DNA of 10,899 bases from positions 82,536 through 93,434 of the IMG/VR virus record IMGVR_UViG_3300049617_000342; one strand, written 5' to 3'. This document shows, piece by piece, positions 6,251 to 10,899 of this stretch. The notes beneath the pieces were generated by a model. It had not been told where the DNA came from. It saw only the letters and a list, made by a program, of their open reading frames with translations, and searched no databases. Source of the DNA: a virus. Its lineage: Duplodnaviria > Heunggongvirae > Uroviricota > Caudoviricetes. The position numbers were made by a program, and so were the translations under genes. Each line of letters opens with the position of its first letter. Position 1 is the stretch's first letter.

Positions 6251-6795
6251 TTATTTCATGTGCTGGCCAGGACCTAGCTTGGATGCCATGAGCTTCATGG
6301 CCTTCATGTGCTTGGGGCTCATCCCGGCGTCGTGCACGGGATCGATGTGGATGTCGCCGAGCGCGCCTACGCCGTGGATCTTGACGTCCTTGCTCGGGGG
6401 GATCATCTTGATGCCCTCTCGGCCGGACTTGTCCGCCTCTGGCACGTGCGCGCTGACCTCGATCTTCCCGTGCTCGGGGTGGTCGTAGTGGAACCAGGCG
6501 TTGGGCGCCTGATCCTTGGCCTTCTCTGGCCCGGGTAGCCGAACGTGGACTTCTTCACCGGCTCTCCTTCTCCGTCCTTGTACTGGTGCATGATGTGTCT
6601 CTTCAGGTCCGGGTGGACCTCGCCGGTGGCCTCGGCGTGGTGCATGTGGTCTATCACGTCGTTGTGCAGGGCCTCGGTGTAGAACTTGTGCCTCTTGCCG
6701 TCTATGCTGGCGCTGTAGTGCACGTTGCCGAAGTCTGGGCCCGCGCCCATCTCTGCGTCGTGCTCGCTGTGTACCTTAACGCCTGATATTTTCAC
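6251..6795 (-). CDS. His-rich hypothetical protein (~181 aa) whose reading frame shifts by -1 at ~6529..6535 (programmed frameshift, pseudogenising deletion or sequence error)
   Basis: The frame from GTG 6795 (SD AGGAG at 6802..6806) has G/C-ending codons up to ...TTC GGC TAC CCG GGC, then becomes an Arg/Pro/Thr/Ser tail. The -1 frame is G/C-ending from the same point: PEKAKDQAPNAWFHYDHPEHGKIEVSAHVPEADKSG...GQHMK, ending at TAA 6251. The track's 130-aa and 64-aa ORFs are the two halves of this gene. Confidence 0.7.
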
Positions 6796-6801
6796 GCTTC
6801 T

Positions 6802-6806
6802 CTCCT
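6802..6806 (-). promoter_or_regulatory. Putative Shine-Dalgarno AGGAG overlapping the J-like TAG stop
   Basis: The minus strand reads T-AGGAG-AGAAGC-GTG, a 6-nt spacer to the GTG at 6795. Confidence 0.7.
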
Positions 6807-9800
6807 AGCTCAGGGTGACCAGGTCGCTGGTCGTCTTGGGGGTGGCGTTGGCGGCCACGGTTATCGACACCACCGTGGGCGCCGGGTTGGTGAATATGAC
6901 GGACTGTACCCCGGGGACGGCCATGACGAGCGCCACTATCTCGGATAGTATCACGTTCTGCCCAAGGCCCAGGCTGTTCACGTAGCCGACCACCGTGCTG
7001 ACGATCGTGTCGCTGATGCTGTTGATGGCCACGCCCTGCGCCGTCTTGACGCTCATGGCGAGGACGATCTGCTGTATGTGGCTCTCGCGGCCCTCGATCT
7101 GGACGCCCGCCGCCTTGTAGCCCGGGAAGTCAGCCGGGTCGGGCGCGTAGCCGTCGATCGTGTACTGCACCGCCGCCTTGAGGCCGGTCCAGTACTGGTA
7201 GCCGTTGACGCCGCTCACCGGCTCCGCGGGGAAGCTGAGGCGGTTGGGCAGGCTGACTATTGCGTCGGCGTTGGCGCCGAGCAGGCCCGCGTCCGTGCCC
7301 CTGGACACGACCAGGAGGGCGGTGTTCGTGGGGTTGGCCGGGTTGGGGGCCACCATCGTCACGGTCCTGTATGTCGAGTAGCCCTGGTCGAGCAGGTACA
7401 CCTCGCCGTCGCCGGCGGTGCCGAGGTTGACCGGGCCTATCGCGCTCACCGTGGGGTTCAGGTAGTTGACCTGGTCCGCGCTGGGGACGGCGGTCACGGT
7501 GAAGGTGCCCTGGTTCTGCTGGGTCACGGGGACGCCGGAGCCGATGACGAGCTGGTCGCCGACCTGGGCCGAGTGGTACCACGAGAAGACGAACGGGTAG
7601 CTGGTCGTGCTGACGAACTGCTCGACCGCGCTGGGGTTGTCGATGTCGAAGTACGTGGCGTTGTCGGTCTCGCGCACCTGGTACAGGCCCTGGTTGGCCT
7701 TGGCGAAGAAGCTGGCGGGCGTGAGTCCGGTGTAGCTCGAGCCGTTGCCGATGAGGACCCAGTCGTCCACGAGCAGGCCCGCGGGGACCGCGAAGCCGCT
7801 GGCGCCGTCCGCGTCGACTATCTCGTAGCGCACCCTGTTGCGGCTGATCGCCCTGACCGCCCAGACCACCGTGCCGGTGGGCGCGTAGGGGTACACGACC
7901 GACAGCGGCTGGCTCAGCGTTGCGAGGCCGACGCCGGGGCTGCTCACGGCTATAGTTATGGTGTCGGTGGGCACGAACGGCACGCTGAGGTCCTTGGCTA
8001 CCCTGCCCGTCTGCCTGACGAAGATCTGCTGGCCCGGCTGGAACAGCTCGACCGCGCTGCTGTTCAGCTCGAGGACCGCCGCCGAGGGGCTGACCACCTG
8101 GCCGTTGCCGATCACCGCTAGGGCGTTGTTGCCGCTGGCCGTGCCGCCGACCGCGTACACCTGGCCCTGGCCGCCCGGTATCAGGCTGGATATCTGGACC
8201 CTGCGGGCCTTGTCGACGAGCGAGACGTTGGCCGCTATGGCGAGGCCGCTGATCTGCTTCTTGCCGAGGTGGTTGGCCACGTTGGCGGGCGTCACGGGTA
8301 TCAGCCTGAACATCTCGCCGGTGTAGGGCGCCACGTCGAGGGGCGTCTTGAGCGTGAAGCCCGGGGCGCTGGCCACGCTGGATAGAACCCAGCTCGAGCC
8401 GTTCTGCAGGCCCTGGTAGAGCTGCCCGTTGGCGAGGATGTCCTCGGTCGACTTGCTGATGGTGCCGGCGCCGCTGCTGCCCGGGCTGTTGGACAGGGTG
8501 ACCACCTCGCTGACCCCCGCGGTGCCGTTGGCCGCCGCTATGATCGAGGACGCGGTGCTGGCGGTGATCGGGAACACCTCGAGGCTCTGTGCGCTCGCCG
8601 CAGAGTCTATCTCGCTGGTGCCCGCGGAGTAGCTGGTGGCTGTCAGGGCGATCCTGCTGACGGTGCCGGCCTGGACGCCCGTGAAGGTGAACGGCGCGGT
8701 CCACGGGGGCACGACGGCCAGTATCCCGAACTCGGTGGTCGAGTAGACGGTCACGACCCTGTAGAGCTTGCTGAGGATCGTTATCAGGTCGCCCGCCGCC
8801 ACGGCGAAGCCGGGCGCGCTGGTGGCGGTGATGCTGGCGTGCACGAAGTTGAGCACCAGGTCCGTGCTGCTCGGCACCTGGGCCGAGGTCGTGAAGTTGG
8901 GGTAGGTCCCGCCCGTGATGGTGACGACCTGGGGGACGGCCTGGGCCTGCGTGATCTCGTCGTTGACGTTGACGATGCCGACCGGGCTCGGGCTGACGCC
9001 GCTGAACGTGCCGGCCGCGTACGAGGTGTAGCTGTAGCTCGTCGAGGTCTGGAAGTCGGTCACGGTCCCGCCGCCGGCCGCGAAGCTCTCGCTGCTGGTG
9101 AGGACGATGGTGCTGGCCGTCACGGACTGGACGACGCCGGCCTGCGCGCTCACAGTCACCTGGTCGCCGACCCTTATGGTCTGGGCCGGGGTGTCCGGGA
9201 GGGGGCTGGTGGCCGTGACTATCAGGGTGTTGCCCGAGCCCGTCGACCCGCCGTGCAGCCTCTCGGGGAGGAACTGGTAGGTCTCGGTGGAGTCGGTCAG
9301 GTTGGCGACGTTGGTCGTGACCATGGCCTGCCTGTTGCCCGGGCTGAAGCTCTGGTCGATCATAGACAGGACGTCGCCTACCACGACGCTCGACAGGTCC
9401 ACCGGGGGCGCGAACTGCACCTTGAACGTGTAGAGGCCGGACACGGGGCCTGTGACGTCGACGATGACCGGGAAGTTGGGCTCGAGCCCTATGGCCCTGG
9501 CTCCGCCCGACCCTAGGACCAGGTCCACGTCGACCTTGGCGTTGGCCGCGTCCACGAAGTAGCTGGCCGCGGGCGACAGGCCGCCCGTCTGGGGGTACGT
9601 GTAGCCGACCTGCACCGTCTTGCCGCCGTCGCCCCACTGGTTCGCGGTGGCCCTGATGCCGGCGTTGGGGCCGACGCTGGGCCCGGAGTCCGAGTAGAGG
9701 TCGGCCCTGGACTGGAAGAGGACCTTGTAGTCCTGCCAGGCGTAGCCGAGCCACGCGGAGGAGCTTCCCAGGTCGTTCCCGGTGGGGTCGTTGGCGCTGA

Positions 9801-10899
9801 ACTGCGTGGTGGTGGGCGTGGCGCTGGTGACCGTAGCCTGGAGGAACATGGGGATGTTGAACGTCTTCTGGGCGGCGTTGTCGTCCATAACCACGACCAT
9901 GTTGTCGCCCTGGCCCAGCTCGGCCCCGGCGGTGGTCGTGCCCCTCATGTCGGGTCCCAGGCCCACGTTCTGGAAGGGCAGCTGGTCCCACAGGGTCAGG
10001 TCGCTGGCGTCCAGCTCGAGCCTGGGCTGCCTGATGATCCCCTCGGCGCTGCCGAGGTACGCGATGACCGGCCTGTCGTTGTTGGGCCTGGAGAACGGCG
10101 CGCCCTGGGCGCTCAGGTTGACGTAGCCCGGGCTGCTGTTGTCGGGCGTGTTGATCAGGAACCTGCCCATGGGGAGGCCGGCCAGGTCCGCGCTCATCAC
10201 TGAGGCGGTCTGCGGGTCGTAGTTGGAGACGCTGCCCTGCGGTATGCCGAGGTCTATGGCGCTGCCCGCCACGATCGGGAACGCCAGGGCGCCCGAGGAG
10301 TCGTACATGAGCGTCTCGAACTCTATGGCCCCGTTGGGCAGCAGGGCCGCGGTGGCCCCGGTGACCTGGAGCGCGAAGCTGGCCACCACGGAGGAGTTGG
10401 TGACCGCGGGGCCCACGGGGAGCACCCACACCTGGGGCATGCCGGCCGTCCTGAAGAAGCTGAGGCGGCTGTTGACGCCGTCCATGACCTGCGTGCCGGT
10501 CATAGGGTTCGGGTCCCAGAACTTGACGTAGCTGCCGTCGCCGGCCACGCTGTAGACGCGGAGGAGGGCGTTGCGCGGCATCCCGTAGCTGAGCGCGTAG
10601 TCGTCCGGGAGCACGTTGGAGAACTGGCCAGCCACGCCGGTGGCGACCTGGAGGTTGTTCTCGGAGGCCTGCGCGCTGCCCACGGAGTACGTCAGGCTGC
10701 CCGTCTGCACCGTCGCTACGCCCGTGGCCGGGGCGTCGGCCACCACCACGATGGTCGGGGGCTGCGGGGTAGCGGGCCCGACGGTGGGGCTGGTGTTGGG
10801 GAGCTGGAACGCGGCCGTCGCCGCGCTGGTCAGGAAGCCGCGGGTGTCCGCCTCCCCGGCCAGGACCTGGTCGCCTACGGCCAGCCTCTGCGCGAGGAG
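6805..10899 (-). CDS. Giant baseplate J-like (gpJ / Mu gp47 / T4 gp6-like) wedge protein (5'-partial, >1364 aa)
   Basis: The frame is open to the right edge, with 50 more sense codons upstream of the track's GTG 10749 (LLAQRLAVGDQVLAGEADTRGF...). The C-terminus FPGYKAAGVQI...VVGYVNSLGLGQNVILSEIVALVMAVPGVQSV matches the YxNxLxxGxxVxxSxIxxxxxxVxGVxxV C-terminal signature of baseplate J proteins. The N-terminal J domain is not visible here. Confidence 0.75.
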   Translation of the reverse strand, partial: LLAQRLAVGDQVLAGEADTRGFLTSAATAAFQLPNTSPTVGPATPQPPTIVVVADAPATGVATVQTGSLTYSVGSAQASENNLQVATGVAGQFSNVLPDDYALSYGMPRNALLRVYSVAGDGSYVKFWDPNPMTGTQVMDGVNSRLSFFRTAGMPQVWVLPVGPAVTNSSVVASFALQVTGATAALLPNGAIEFETLMYDSSGALAFPIVAGSAIDLGIPQGSVSNYDPQTASVMSADLAGLPMGRFLINTPDNSSPGYVNLSAQGAPFSRPNNDRPVIAYLGSAEGIIRQPRLELDASDLTLWDQLPFQNVGLGPDMRGTTTAGAELGQGDNMVVVMDDNAAQKTFNIPMFLQATVTSATPTTTQFSANDPTGNDLGSSSAWLGYAWQDYKVLFQSRADLYSDSGPSVGPNAGIRATANQWGDGGKTVQVGYTYPQTGGLSPAASYFVDAANAKVDVDLVLGSGGARAIGLEPNFPVIVDVTGPVSGLYTFKVQFAPPVDLSSVVVGDVLSMIDQSFSPGNRQAMVTTNVANLTDSTETYQFLPERLHGGSTGSGNTLIVTATSPLPDTPAQTIRVGDQVTVSAQAGVVQSVTASTIVLTSSESFAAGGGTVTDFQTSTSYSYTSYAAGTFSGVSPSPVGIVNVNDEITQAQAVPQVVTITGGTYPNFTTSAQVPSSTDLVLNFVHASITATSAPGFAVAAGDLITILSKLYRVVTVYSTTEFGILAVVPPWTAPFTFTGVQAGTVSRIALTATSYSAGTSEIDSAASAQSLEVFPITASTASSIIAAANGTAGVSEVVTLSNSPGSSGAGTISKSTEDILANGQLYQGLQNGSSWVLSSVASAPGFTLKTPLDVAPYTGEMFRLIPVTPANVANHLGKKQISGLAIAANVSLVDKARRVQISSLIPGGQGQVYAVGGTASGNNALAVIGNGQVVSPSAAVLELNSSAVELFQPGQQIFVRQTGRVAKDLSVPFVPTDTITIAVSSPGVGLATLSQPLSVVYPYAPTGTVVWAVRAISRNRVRYEIVDADGASGFAVPAGLLVDDWVLIGNGSSYTGLTPASFFAKANQGLYQVRETDNATYFDIDNPSAVEQFVSTTSYPFVFSWYHSAQVGDQLVIGSGVPVTQQNQGTFTVTAVPSADQVNYLNPTVSAIGPVNLGTAGDGEVYLLDQGYSTYRTVTMVAPNPANPTNTALLVVSRGTDAGLLGANADAIVSLPNRLSFPAEPVSGVNGYQYWTGLKAAVQYTIDGYAPDPADFPGYKAAGVQIEGRESHIQQIVLAMSVKTAQGVAINSISDTIVSTVVGYVNSLGLGQNVILSEIVALVMAVPGVQSVIFTNPAPTVVSITVAANATPKTTSDLVTLS

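Larger units (their letters stand above)
1..10899 (-). mobile_element. Segment of a large tailed phage (or prophage) genome: baseplate/tail-fibre structural operon
   Basis: Seven co-directional, tightly packed genes with gaps of 9, 1, 1, 28, -1 and 0 nt. Three are very large Gly/Ala/Ser/Thr/Val-rich proteins in a J-like, I-like, fibre-like order reminiscent of P2 gpJ-gpI-gpH and Mu gp47-gp48-gp49. A small HNH endonuclease is interspersed. No housekeeping genes are present. Free phage versus prophage cannot be decided from this window. Confidence 0.85.

Noticed and set aside
3666-6807. Stop-codon reassignment, as seen in some large phages
   Set aside because: TAG ends three genes and TAA three, each followed closely by a new start. 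No long gene needs read-through.
7130-10429. 1099-aa minus-strand ORF overlapping the J-like gene, and the similar 551-aa ORF at 3577..5232
   Set aside because: These are shadow frames. Their first codon positions are the real genes' third positions, which are almost always G/C, so stops cannot arise. The products are Arg/Pro/Gly/His-rich nonsense.
6-10531. Many plus-strand ORFs of 60-350 aa in the track
   Set aside because: All are antisense to long, strongly codon-biased minus-strand genes, as expected in high-GC DNA. None shows a recognisable motif.
10747-10749. GTG 10749 as the start of the J-like gene
   Set aside because: The frame continues without a stop and with the same codon bias for 50 more codons to the window edge.
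1-10899. CRISPR arrays, tRNA/rRNA genes, IS elements, inteins, DGR template/variable repeats
   Set aside because: I saw no spaced direct repeats, no non-coding space for RNA genes, no transposase or intein motifs, and no long near-identical DNA pair differing at adenines. This was a by-eye inspection only.

Overview
This window (about two-thirds G+C) is a segment of the baseplate/tail operon of a large, probably contractile-tailed (myovirus-like) phage or prophage. All credible genes are on the minus strand and nearly gapless. In transcription order they are: a giant baseplate-J-like protein (>1364 aa, 5' end outside the window); a His-rich ORF split by a -1 frame change (6251..6795); a 102-aa hypothetical; a 757-aa baseplate wedge (gpI/gp48/DUF2612-like) protein; an 85-aa hypothetical; a minimal 73-aa HNH endonuclease; and a >1052-aa tail-fibre-like protein starting at GTG 3158. 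The supplied ORF track misses that last gene because it runs off the left edge. The most unusual feature is a ~330-bp patch at ~52% G+C (3072..3399). It carries the HNH gene plus an apparently recoded first 29 codons, and the RBS, of the downstream structural gene. An exact 11-bp direct repeat flanks the HNH gene. Other oddities are a frame switch exactly at a CCCGGGC heptamer, heavy AGG/ATA codon use despite high GC3, and beta-rich modules shared among the three large virion proteins. No databases were searched. Product names rest on motif recall and gene order.
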